The position numbers and the translations under genes were made by a program. A stretch of DNA of 64,000 nucleotides from Waddliaceae bacterium (GTDB lineage Bacteria > Chlamydiota > Chlamydiia > Chlamydiales > SLFE01): NCBI GenBank assembly GCA_963783885.1, contig CAWAPJ010000008.1:64001-128000 (forward strand), given 5' to 3'. The notes beneath the pieces are model-generated. The model was not told where the DNA came from. It saw only the letters and a program-made list of their open reading frames with translations, and made no database searches. This document shows, piece after piece, positions 1 through 9,369 of this stretch. Numbering within the stretch: position 1 is the stretch's first letter; each line of letters begins with the position of its first letter.

Positions 1-252
1 GATGTGATGACGACCTACGATTTTAAGAAGAAAAAATACCTCAAACAGCCCAAAGATATTTACGAAGAGCAGGTAAAGCTGCTTAAGGAAGCTAAGAAGG
101 GTAATCCTAAACTAAAAGTTTACACTTTGGATTATTGGTATCCCGATAAGGCCGAATATATTAAGAAAATTTACCAGACAGAGAGGGAGAACGGATTTAT
201 CCCTTATGTCGGAACAATCGAACTGGATAAAATTGTCCCGGAGCCGAAATGA
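1..252 (+). CDS. C-terminal part of a PelA-type glycoside hydrolase (endo-alpha-1,4-polygalactosaminidase-like), cut off by the window start
   Basis: Tail VYTLDYW...GFIPYV...LD resembles the end of the PelA hydrolase domain; stop overlaps the start of the pel deacetylase gene (ATGA). Confidence 0.7.
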   Translation, partial: DVMTTYDFKKKKYLKQPKDIYEEQVKLLKEAKKGNPKLKVYTLDYWYPDKAEYIKKIYQTERENGFIPYVGTIELDKIVPEPK

Positions 253-2513
253 ACAAAAATTTTATCTTTATCTGCCTCATGCTTCCTTTTGCCTTGTTTG
301 GGCAAAACGTTCCCCGAAAGATTATCGCGCTCTACGATAGCAATATTCATAGGGACCTTTATTTTACTAAAACGCACCAGCTTGCCGAAATGCCTCTGAA
401 TCATTTGGGTTATATTTTTGAATATCATGATATTCGAAGAGAGCTTCCCGACTTAGGAGATCGCGAAGATGTTGTTGGGGTCATTGCCTGGTTTGATGAA
501 GAGACGCAATTATCTTTGGATGTTGCGAAAAAATTATTTGACTGGTCTTTACGTAGTCTGGATTTGGGAAAAAAGTTTCTTCTAATGGGGCAGCCGATTT
601 TTATTCCCGAAAACACGGGCCTTCCTCTAGAAAAAATGAACACATTTTGGGAAAAGCTAGGTCTTAGGATAACAGGCGATTGGGTCGCAAAAACTTATTC
701 AGTGAAACTTGTAGAGCCCCATCCTTACATGACCGGCTTCGAACGATCGTACAAAGAGCCTTACGACACTTATGTTGAAGTGCTTAAAACTTCTGACAAG
801 ACGACAAGCTACCTCAGCGCCATTGCCGAGGGGCGCGAGTATCCCAAATCGGTTTTGATGGCGATAGCTCCAAATGGAGGGTATGTAGCCAATGATTATG
901 CGGTTTTTTTTCTGTTTGAGGAGGGGAAAAGCACCCGGAAGTGGTATATTAATCCCTTTTTGTTTTTTCAAAAGGTGTTTGACCGAAATAATATTCCCAA
1001 GCCCGACACGACAACAATCGCGGGTAGAAGGATTTACTACAGTCAAATTGACGGCGATGGATGGAACAACCAAACTGAAATCAAAGAGTACCCCTTTGGA
1101 ACTATCTCCGCCAGGGTACTTGCCGAGAGCATTATTGAAAAGTACCCCGATTTGCCGGTAACCGTCGGGCCAATCGCTGCTGATGTTGATCCCGACTGGG
1201 TGGCTTTGAGCGATTCTCGTGCCGAGGCTAAGAAAATTTTCAGCCTTCCCAATGTCGAAGTCGGATGCCATACTTTTACCCATCCGTTCGACTGGGAATT
1301 TTTCAAAGATTATAAACCTGCAGATGAAATTCCTTTTTTATCCCGATATCCCAACGGCAGCTGGCTCGGCAAGGGGTTTATCGCTCGGGTTCGAAGCGCC
1401 TTTGAAGGGTACAGTTTTTTTACAAGAAAGGACACTACGGTTGAAGATGAAGAGGTTAAGGGTAAAAAGAAAGAAGCGAAAGCTTTTGACGACAGCTATA
1501 GTGTTCCGAGGGCCTATGCCTTAAAGCCTTTTAACTTGGAACTTGAAGTGAAAGGAGCGATCAAATATATCGACGCGCTCGCTCCCAAGGGGAAAAAAGT
1601 CGCTCTTTACCAATGGTCTGGCAACTGCCGCCCTTTTTATGCGGCGTTAAAAGATGTTATCCAATCCGGGGTTATGAATATCAATGGCGGCGATACTCGG
1701 TTTGACAATGTTTATGCATCTTATGGATGGGTGGCGCCGCTTGGCCGCGAGGTGCGCGACCTGAGGCAGATCTATTCTTCCAATGCCAATGAAAATCTTT
1801 ATACGAACCTTTGGAGGAGCGATTTTTTTGGGTTCAATATTCTTCCTCAGACATTTAAAAATACCGAAATCCCGATTCGCATACGCCCTATGGATGTGTA
1901 TTACCATGTCTACAGCGCTCAAAAATATCCCAGCCTCAAAGCTGTGCAGCAAAATTTGGATTATGTGAAGACGCAAAATCCCTCTCCAGTGAGGACCAGC
2001 GAGTTTTCATCGATCGTTTATGGATTTTACTCAGCCGATATCGTTCAAAAGGACCGGCGTGCATGGGAATTTCAAGACCGGGGCGATTTGCAGACGATCC
2101 GCTTCGATCGCGCGACCTTGGAGTCTGTCGACTTTTCCAAATCCCAAGGAGTGATTGGCCAGAGATATTTACAGGGAAGCCTTTATGTTTATCTCGATTC
2201 GAAAATCGACAATGCTCTTATAGCCTTGAAGGACAACAAAAATTATTTCTCCTTGCCGGGAGAACCCTTATTTTATCTTATCGAGAGCCGCTGGCAAATT
2301 TCAAATTTGCAAAGGAGCGGGCAGGGCATCGAGTTTACAGCTGCAGGCTTTGGTCCCGGAGAGATGACTTGGAACGTTCCGAGCGAAGGCAAATATGAGG
2401 TGAGCGTGGACAAGGGGGAAAATCTTCTCGCTGCTTCCAAAAATCGGAAGATCAATTTTGTGATCAATCAATCGGCAATAGAACCGGTTTCGATTAAAAT
2501 TAGAGGAAAATGA
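249..2513 (+). CDS. pelA: PelA-like polysaccharide deacetylase (CE4-like) with signal peptide
   Basis: Signal peptide; PDTTTIAGRRIYYSQIDGDG, EVGCHTFTHPFDW, WSGNC, NINGG, ANENLYTNLW and PMDVYYHVYS motifs typical of the PelA deacetylase half. Confidence 0.85.
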   Translation: MNKNFIFICLMLPFALFGQNVPRKIIALYDSNIHRDLYFTKTHQLAEMPLNHLGYIFEYHDIRRELPDLGDREDVVGVIAWFDEETQLSLDVAKKLFDWSLRSLDLGKKFLLMGQPIFIPENTGLPLEKMNTFWEKLGLRITGDWVAKTYSVKLVEPHPYMTGFERSYKEPYDTYVEVLKTSDKTTSYLSAIAEGREYPKSVLMAIAPNGGYVANDYAVFFLFEEGKSTRKWYINPFLFFQKVFDRNNIPKPDTTTIAGRRIYYSQIDGDGWNNQTEIKEYPFGTISARVLAESIIEKYPDLPVTVGPIAADVDPDWVALSDSRAEAKKIFSLPNVEVGCHTFTHPFDWEFFKDYKPADEIPFLSRYPNGSWLGKGFIARVRSAFEGYSFFTRKDTTVEDEEVKGKKKEAKAFDDSYSVPRAYALKPFNLELEVKGAIKYIDALAPKGKKVALYQWSGNCRPFYAALKDVIQSGVMNINGGDTRFDNVYASYGWVAPLGREVRDLRQIYSSNANENLYTNLWRSDFFGFNILPQTFKNTEIPIRIRPMDVYYHVYSAQKYPSLKAVQQNLDYVKTQNPSPVRTSEFSSIVYGFYSADIVQKDRRAWEFQDRGDLQTIRFDRATLESVDFSKSQGVIGQRYLQGSLYVYLDSKIDNALIALKDNKNYFSLPGEPLFYLIESRWQISNLQRSGQGIEFTAAGFGPGEMTWNVPSEGKYEVSVDKGENLLAASKNRKINFVINQSAIEPVSIKIRGK

Positions 2514-2641
2514 TTTAACAAAGCCAAGATGGAGCTTTTTTAATTGCCATCTAATACCTTCAAAATCTTTTTAGAGTGCTCGCTTTTCTCATGGGCGGAC
2601 ACTCATCTTTGAGAAGCCCGGCCTGTGTGGGATATTTCTCC

Positions 2642-2933
2642 TTATGATGATTCAGGATAAACATCACTTCGTGATAATAATGAGTCGACTCTTTTTTCGA
2701 GTATATTTTTTAACTCATTGTCCTCAAAATTCAGTTGCTCTTTTCTAAAATAGGCAGTTTTTAAAAATCGCGTTTTCCATCGTGCCATAGCTTGATAATG
2801 AATGGTCATAAGTTCTCTCCATTCTTTTGTAAACAAAGAGTTTACGAATAAAATTTTTATTGGAAACGCTTAACTTGACACCATTGATAAGCAGGTTTGC
2901 CACCCTAAGACAGTTGTAGTATTCTACTCTCAT
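2642..2933 (-). pseudogene. Possible small frameshifted hypothetical gene, antisense, inside the pel operon
   Basis: Two overlapping minus-strand ORFs (2745-2933, 2642-2836); AAAGGGGAA precedes the ATG at 2933; AT-rich. Confidence 0.3.
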
Positions 2934-2994
2934 TTCCCCTTTACATTATTAATAATTAAGCAATAATAAAATTTTTGATAATAACTTTGACTTT

Positions 2995-5900
2995 ATGGAT
3001 CGCAAGACTTATTACATTGTCGTCTCAGTATTTGTTTGTGTAGCCTTGATTTTAAGCTACATATACTTTCCTTCCTCCGAAGATGTCGCCTGGATGTATT
3101 TTTACGACCGGCAATATGCCAGGTCCTCGAGAAAATTCTATGAATACTTTATGGAAAAAAAAGGGACGCGAAAAGCCATTGTTCCAGAAGTATTGCTGGA
3201 CCTTGAGTTTGCCAATGTCAATCAGGCCATTGATACTGTCGAGGCTTATGTGAAAAAACATCCGAAAGATTTGGAAGCGCGCATATTTCTCGGAGAGCTG
3301 TATAAAAAAGCCAGCCGCCCGTATGCCTACCTCCGTAATCTGGAAGTGATTTACAGGTTGGCTCCTGATGTTAAAATCCTAAGGGAATTGCAGGAATCTT
3401 ATAAGAATCTCAACAAAAAAGCGAGCCAGCTTCGGGCTTTGCAACAGCTGGTGAATCAAAAAGCGGCTACTGTTGAAGATTTTCGCACGCTGGCCCAGCT
3501 CTATGCTTCTCGGGGTCAAATGGCCCTCGCCCTAGAGACGGTCCGAGAGCTGCTCAAACGGTTTGCTCCTACAAAGCTTGATGAACAGACAACGATTTTT
3601 GCTGTTAGCCTTTTTCTGGACAACAAATTAAACTCCGAAGCCTTTTTGCTCGCGTCAAAGTATGCGATAGCCCACCCGAAGGATCTGGAAGCCACCCTCA
3701 CCCTTTCCTATAAAATGCTCGAAACAGGAAACTATGATGAAGCGAAATATCTTGCCGACCTGATACCCAATTCTAAAAAAGACCAGCCGAAAGTTCTGGA
3801 ACTCTTGATGACGATTTTAATCTCCAAAGAAGACGATCGAGAGGTTTATGAGACTCTCAAGACGGCTTTTGACAACGGCAAGCTCCCTGCGAGGTTTTAC
3901 ACCCGTTTAACTCTTTTGGCCATCACATTCAAAAACGAGTGGCTTCCGCAAAAGATGCTGAAAAAACTCAAATACGCAAAAGTTCCCCAAGCCGATTTAG
4001 TCAACCTCATCGACAGTTTGATCGGATTAAAAAAAACTGTTCTTGCTAAAGAACTGCAAAAAAATCTGGGCGAAGACTATATCCAAAACCATCCTCTCAT
4101 AAAACTCGGTCTTGTTCTTGCAGAGAAGGAAAATATCAAAGAATTGAACCTTTCCGAACTCGAAGAGACATACTCTCCTCAAGATCGAATTCAACTGGCT
4201 CAGTTTCTTTTCTCATCGGGGAATCAGGATATCGCGAAAAATCTCGCCGAGTCGGTCAAGACACTTGAGGGAATTAGTGCGGAAAATATCGACAATGTTG
4301 TGGAACTTTATATAGATCTGGGTCTTCTTGCTCAAGTTGATGGAATGCTCGCCGAATACAAGCTGCGGCCGGGCGATCCTAGGGATGCTTATATAAATTC
4401 GCAGCTTTATGTTCTGGCGGCAAAAGGGGATATTGAGGAATTGAAAAGACGCTTTCTCATCATGGGCAAGGTTCCAAATCAACTTCTTCAAGAGCTTTTT
4501 TATATTGCCGAGAAGGCTAAGAAAAATAAGACCGCCTATCAGCTTGCCCAGCGTCTCAATAGGCTCTACCCATCATCTTTAAACGAAATGCTGATGGCAA
4601 GGGCGCTTGCTCTAAATGGCAGACCAAGAGATGCCTTGAAGATTATTAGAAGACTGAAAAGGGATGGCGTCAATGTTCGAGATAATTATTTCTACGTTCT
4701 CGTTTTGGCAGCGGAGCAGGATGAGCTTTATAAAATGGAACTCAAAGAGTTTATCAAAAGAGTGCTGGCTGATAAGTCGATTGCAGAAAATAAAAAACGC
4801 GATTGGGGCTATTCTCTGATAGGCAATCATCTGCGTGATTTGGCGGTGCCGATTTTTCAGGTCCTGGCAGAAGGTAAAAACTTCAGCAGCGGCGATGTCC
4901 AAACCTTGCTGGACCTTTGGGGTAAAGACCTTTCAGATAAGCAGGTCGAATGGATTGTAAAGCAGGCAGAAAAATCGCATGGGGAAGAGCTTGCGGGTTG
5001 GATCGCTCATCTTGTCTATAATAAACACCCTGCCGAAGGAGCTCTTCTCGCTGAAAAAATGGGGTGGGATAACCCGAAAGTCGCCGAAATTTATCTGGAG
5101 GCTTTAGAAGGGGCAAAGGAGAGGCAAAAATTGAAGAAGGCGCTTGTTGTTATGGTCGATAGGGAAACCAATCCCGAGCGTCTCGACAAAATTGGAAAAC
5201 TCTCTTACGGTCTTGGCATATATCCTACAGCAGAAAAAGCTTATCAAAAAGTCCTGAATATTGAACCCGAAAAAGCCGAGCCCTGGAAATATCTGGGAAT
5301 GATTAAATTCGCCGAGAGCAATTTTCACGGCGCTCATTTTTATTTGCAAAAATATTTGCAAACCGATGATCCCGACTATTTGGGGTACTATTATTACGGT
5401 GAAATCTACTGGACTTATAACCACTGGCAATGCGCTAGGAGATTTTTCCATACCGCTTTACATTTGCTGACAGACAAAGAGAATCTCAATCCTTATTCGG
5501 AATTGATCGAAGCTGAACTCTATTATCGAATGGGCTGCGTGACCAAGGCCCTTTGCCTTTTTGAGAGGTTGATTGAAAGAAACCCTAAAAATTCCTCTTT
5601 CCGCATTGATTACGCCAATATTTTAATTATCCTGGAGAAATACTGCCGGGCGAACTATCTTTTGAGGACCGCAAGACCAGAAGACAATAAAGATCTCGAC
5701 CCGGAGCAGTTAAAAAATCTGGTGGTTGACCTGGAGCTGACAAAATCTCAGCTTTTGCAGGAACTTAACCGATTTAGGGCCGCCTGGAGGCTTGTGGGAA
5801 AGCTGCTCAGGCAATATCCGAACGAGCCAAGAATCATGGCGATGCAGGCTCAGCTGGAACTTCTTCTCGGCAGATGGCAGCTGGCGGCAAAGTGGTATAA

Positions 5901-6903
5901 CGCAGCGATTCAAAGGCAGCCGCAAAATGACACATGGAAAAAAATTCGGAGGGAAATTTTCTGCGACAAGGCCAGGCATATCTTCATGCAGAAGGAGTAT
6001 AAGCTGACGGGAACAAGGCAAAGGGAAATCAAAGACCTGCTGCTCGTTTATCACAGAATCAACCCGCTTTATGTGTTCAAATTCAGAGCCGATTCGGATC
6101 AGTTGTCTCTGCCGGACGCCTTCAACCCTTTTACCGGGGAAACTTTCCGATTCCTCGGCACCCGCTATCGAGGGGAGATCGCCCTCGAGTGCGATTGCAT
6201 GAACGGCCTGGTTGCCGAGTTTAGGGGATTTTTGGCACGAGAGGGATTGGGGGCGGGGCTGGATACAGTAAAAAAAGATTTTTTTGGCCAGTCGCGCATG
6301 CAGCTTTGGTATCACAGGCAGACGTGGGAATTTACCCAGTCGATTATCGATTTCGGTTTGGAAGACAGGATCGATTTCTACCGCTCTTTTAACTTAGGTC
6401 CCAGAACGGAGATTTTTGGCGAAGGGGGGTATCGGTGGTATTACCTGGCGCATTTTGGACTGTCTGGAGCAACCTATACGTTCACAACCGGCGTGAATTA
6501 TCGTTTGAATAAGAGGCATATTATCACCCGGCAGTTTGGGGACGGGGCGAACGTTTATTTGAATTTTTATGTCGATGCCCAGTATCCGACCTTTGTAAAA
6601 AAGGTGTTTAGTCCGGTACTTGGACAGGAAGTGATCCCTCTTGATATCGAAAAGCGCGAAACGTGGGTATGGCAGATGAGTTTCAACAAGATTTTTTGTC
6701 CGACATTTTGGATGGAGGGGTTCGCCGGGGCTTCGTGGGATAGGGCCTTTCACAGCGATGTGGCGCCTATAGGGGGATTTGCGACCTATATCGGTACGAA
6801 ATGCGGTCCCCAGCTCCGTTTTCAATACTTCCGTACATTTAGTTCGCAGTTTGAAAACCAGTCGGTCGATCGTTTTATCGCTGACTTTAAAATTCCTTAT
6901 TGA
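2995..6903 (+). CDS. pelB: PelB-like TPR protein with C-terminal outer-membrane beta-barrel
   Basis: N-terminal hydrophobic anchor, long TPR-like helical repeats, C-terminal alternating beta-strand region ending in an aromatic residue (DFKIPY); position in the operon. Confidence 0.75.
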   Translation: MDRKTYYIVVSVFVCVALILSYIYFPSSEDVAWMYFYDRQYARSSRKFYEYFMEKKGTRKAIVPEVLLDLEFANVNQAIDTVEAYVKKHPKDLEARIFLGELYKKASRPYAYLRNLEVIYRLAPDVKILRELQESYKNLNKKASQLRALQQLVNQKAATVEDFRTLAQLYASRGQMALALETVRELLKRFAPTKLDEQTTIFAVSLFLDNKLNSEAFLLASKYAIAHPKDLEATLTLSYKMLETGNYDEAKYLADLIPNSKKDQPKVLELLMTILISKEDDREVYETLKTAFDNGKLPARFYTRLTLLAITFKNEWLPQKMLKKLKYAKVPQADLVNLIDSLIGLKKTVLAKELQKNLGEDYIQNHPLIKLGLVLAEKENIKELNLSELEETYSPQDRIQLAQFLFSSGNQDIAKNLAESVKTLEGISAENIDNVVELYIDLGLLAQVDGMLAEYKLRPGDPRDAYINSQLYVLAAKGDIEELKRRFLIMGKVPNQLLQELFYIAEKAKKNKTAYQLAQRLNRLYPSSLNEMLMARALALNGRPRDALKIIRRLKRDGVNVRDNYFYVLVLAAEQDELYKMELKEFIKRVLADKSIAENKKRDWGYSLIGNHLRDLAVPIFQVLAEGKNFSSGDVQTLLDLWGKDLSDKQVEWIVKQAEKSHGEELAGWIAHLVYNKHPAEGALLAEKMGWDNPKVAEIYLEALEGAKERQKLKKALVVMVDRETNPERLDKIGKLSYGLGIYPTAEKAYQKVLNIEPEKAEPWKYLGMIKFAESNFHGAHFYLQKYLQTDDPDYLGYYYYGEIYWTYNHWQCARRFFHTALHLLTDKENLNPYSELIEAELYYRMGCVTKALCLFERLIERNPKNSSFRIDYANILIILEKYCRANYLLRTARPEDNKDLDPEQLKNLVVDLELTKSQLLQELNRFRAAWRLVGKLLRQYPNEPRIMAMQAQLELLLGRWQLAAKWYNAAIQRQPQNDTWKKIRREIFCDKARHIFMQKEYKLTGTRQREIKDLLLVYHRINPLYVFKFRADSDQLSLPDAFNPFTGETFRFLGTRYRGEIALECDCMNGLVAEFRGFLAREGLGAGLDTVKKDFFGQSRMQLWYHRQTWEFTQSIIDFGLEDRIDFYRSFNLGPRTEIFGEGGYRWYYLAHFGLSGATYTFTTGVNYRLNKRHIITRQFGDGANVYLNFYVDAQYPTFVKKVFSPVLGQEVIPLDIEKRETWVWQMSFNKIFCPTFWMEGFAGASWDRAFHSDVAPIGGFATYIGTKCGPQLRFQYFRTFSSQFENQSVDRFIADFKIPY

Positions 6904-6910
6904 TGAGGTG

Positions 6911-8282
6911 ATGGAAGTGGCAGAGGAAATAGAAGAAGAAATAAAACATTGGACGATTTTCAGGGTCAGAGTTTCTGCGATTATCGAAACGATTATCTTT
7001 CTCGGGATACTACTGTTTTTCGATTATATTTTGGGGGAGGGTAAACATTATACCGACGTCAGTCCCCATCCTTTCTGGATCATTGTCCTGGTCATTTCCG
7101 TGCAGTACGGTACTGCCGAAGGGGTCATTGCTGTCTTTCTTTGCACTGTTGCTCTCTATGCGGGCTACATTCCCGAAATCAAATTCAATGAATCTCTATT
7201 CGACTATCGCGTCCGTCTGGCTCTAACGCCCACACTTTGGCTTATCGCCTCTGTTGTTCTGGGAGAAATGAGAATGCGGATCGACTACGATCGAAAAAAA
7301 TACAAGGAAATGGCATTCGATGCCCAAAAAAGAGGCGGAGAAGATAGCCGATAATTATAACGATTTAAAGGAAAAGAAAGAACGCATTGAAGTGCGCCTG
7401 GCGTCGCAAATGAGGAGCATTGCTTTCACTTACCGGGCTTTGAGGCATTTAGAATCGATGAATCCAGCGCAGATTTTGCTATCGATGACCGACATGGTCA
7501 AGGAAATTATCGGCCCTAGAAAATTTTCTATCTATTCATTTTCCTCTGCAGGATTTGAGGCCATGGTTAGCGAGGGATGGGAAAAGGGAGACAGATATTT
7601 GCGCCGCTTCCCTGCAGAACATCCCCTTTGCCAGGCCATTACAACAAGAAAAGGGGTAGTTTGCGTGATCAATGAAGAAGATGAGGCCATATTATCCGGA
7701 GAGGGGTATCTGGCTGTGCCGATACTCGATGCCGATAGTGGGGAGATCTATGGGATGCTAAAGATTGAAGAAATCGATTTTACAGAGCTCAATATCAGCA
7801 ACCTGGAATTGACAGAAACATTGGCCGAACTTGTGGGCACGGCTTTTTCCAATGCTCAAAAGTATAATCAGCTGCAGAGACACTCGATTTATGCTTCAGC
7901 AGAAAAGGAGGCATACTCTTACTTTCTTTATCAGCTGAATAAAGATCTTCTAGCAATGATTTTATCGAAGGCCGGTCAGACCTTAATGGAAATCGATGTG
8001 GTTGTTGAACCCGAAAGCAGGCATCTGGATAAAGATTTTTTGAGCAGGCGGCCGTCTTTGGTTCAGATTTTGAAACAATGTCTTTCGCATTTGGACACAC
8101 TTTATCAGATGGGAAGGGATGAGCTGCACTATGCGGTTCTTCTCCCCTTGGCATCGGCTGAAGATGCCGAAAAAATAAAGCGGAACATCGAAAAGGAAGC
8201 CGGTCAAAATCCTTTTCTTTCCAATAAAAAATTAGCTGTAAAGATCACATCTTTGGGCAAGGGAGCGGCAAAGAATGCGTGA
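6911..8282 (+). pseudogene. pelD: PelD-like membrane protein (TM domain, coiled coil, GAF, degenerate GGDEF), split by one extra base in an A6 run
   Basis: PHPFWIIVLVISVQYG TM motif in the first ORF; GAF and GGDEF-like region in ORF 7320-8282; deleting one A at 7326-7331 joins them (DAQKEAEKIAD). Confidence 0.75.
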
Positions 8283-9369
8283 ACAGGTCAATCCACTGAG
8301 ATATTTCAAAACGTCTTTTATTTTTACGACTTTTTTTTTGTTTGTCGAACTCTTTATCTGGTGGGAATATATTCTAGGAGAGCTTTCCTTTTCGGTTCTT
8401 TTGGGTTTGCATGCTCTTTTAACCGTCATCTCCATAGGGCTGCTTTTCTTTTTTGTCAAAATAGGGTGGGGTATCAGATTCATCATCATCACAACACTAT
8501 TTTTGGCTTTGATGGGGCCTTTCGGGGCGGCTATGTCCCTTGCCATCATAATTTTGTATGGCGGTTATGTTTTTTTTGTCGATCCAATTGCCAATTTGAT
8601 GAAAATGCTGATGCCTCTTCTGATGAAAACAAAAAGTACCGAGCTCTATGAAAGGATTCAATACGGAATGGAAAGCTATGATATCTCAGCCGATCCCGTC
8701 CCTCTTCATGAAGTCATCAAATTCGGTTCAGTAAAGCAAAAATTATCTGCGATTGAAAAAATGCTGAGATTTTATCATCCAGAATTCATTCCCGCATTGA
8801 AGTTGGCTTTAGCCGACACCAATAATTCCGTTAGGGTTATGGCCGCTACTGCTATCTCGAGCCTTGAAGATCGCTTTCACAAAATTTATGTGGAACTGGA
8901 AAATAAATATACAAACGATCCCGAAGATCCGGGCATCATTTTGGCATTGGCCGATCATTGCTATGAGTATGCCCACGCGACAGTTTTTGATGAAAACCGC
9001 TTAAACAAAATGAAGCGTATCGCAGCCGGCAAATATGAAGAATATTTGAACCTTAGACCAGACGACAGTCAGGCCATGATGAAAGCTGGGCAGCTGTATT
9101 TTGAGCTTGGCGACTATGATTCGGCGGAAAAAGCGGTGACAAAACTTTCCGAGTCGGATGAGACCCTGACGAGGGATGTCTATCTTCTCTTGATGCGTGT
9201 ATATTACGAGAAAAAGGAGCTTTCCAAGATGCATCGTCTCACCGGCGACCATTATGCCCGCCTAAGCGAACTTGCGGAAAAAGGGGGATATCACGAATTC
9301 GAGGACGTGCTTTTTGCATGGGGGGGAGTCTCTGCTGCCGCAAAGTTTTTAGAGGAAGCCCATGGATGA
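8275..9369 (+). CDS. pelE: PelE-like membrane protein with HEAT/TPR repeats
   Basis: N-terminal TM helices, LKLALADTNNSVRVMAATA motif, TPR; lies between pelD and pelF. Confidence 0.75.
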   Translation: MREQVNPLRYFKTSFIFTTFFLFVELFIWWEYILGELSFSVLLGLHALLTVISIGLLFFFVKIGWGIRFIIITTLFLALMGPFGAAMSLAIIILYGGYVFFVDPIANLMKMLMPLLMKTKSTELYERIQYGMESYDISADPVPLHEVIKFGSVKQKLSAIEKMLRFYHPEFIPALKLALADTNNSVRVMAATAISSLEDRFHKIYVELENKYTNDPEDPGIILALADHCYEYAHATVFDENRLNKMKRIAAGKYEEYLNLRPDDSQAMMKAGQLYFELGDYDSAEKAVTKLSESDETLTRDVYLLLMRVYYEKKELSKMHRLTGDHYARLSELAEKGGYHEFEDVLFAWGGVSAAAKFLEEAHG

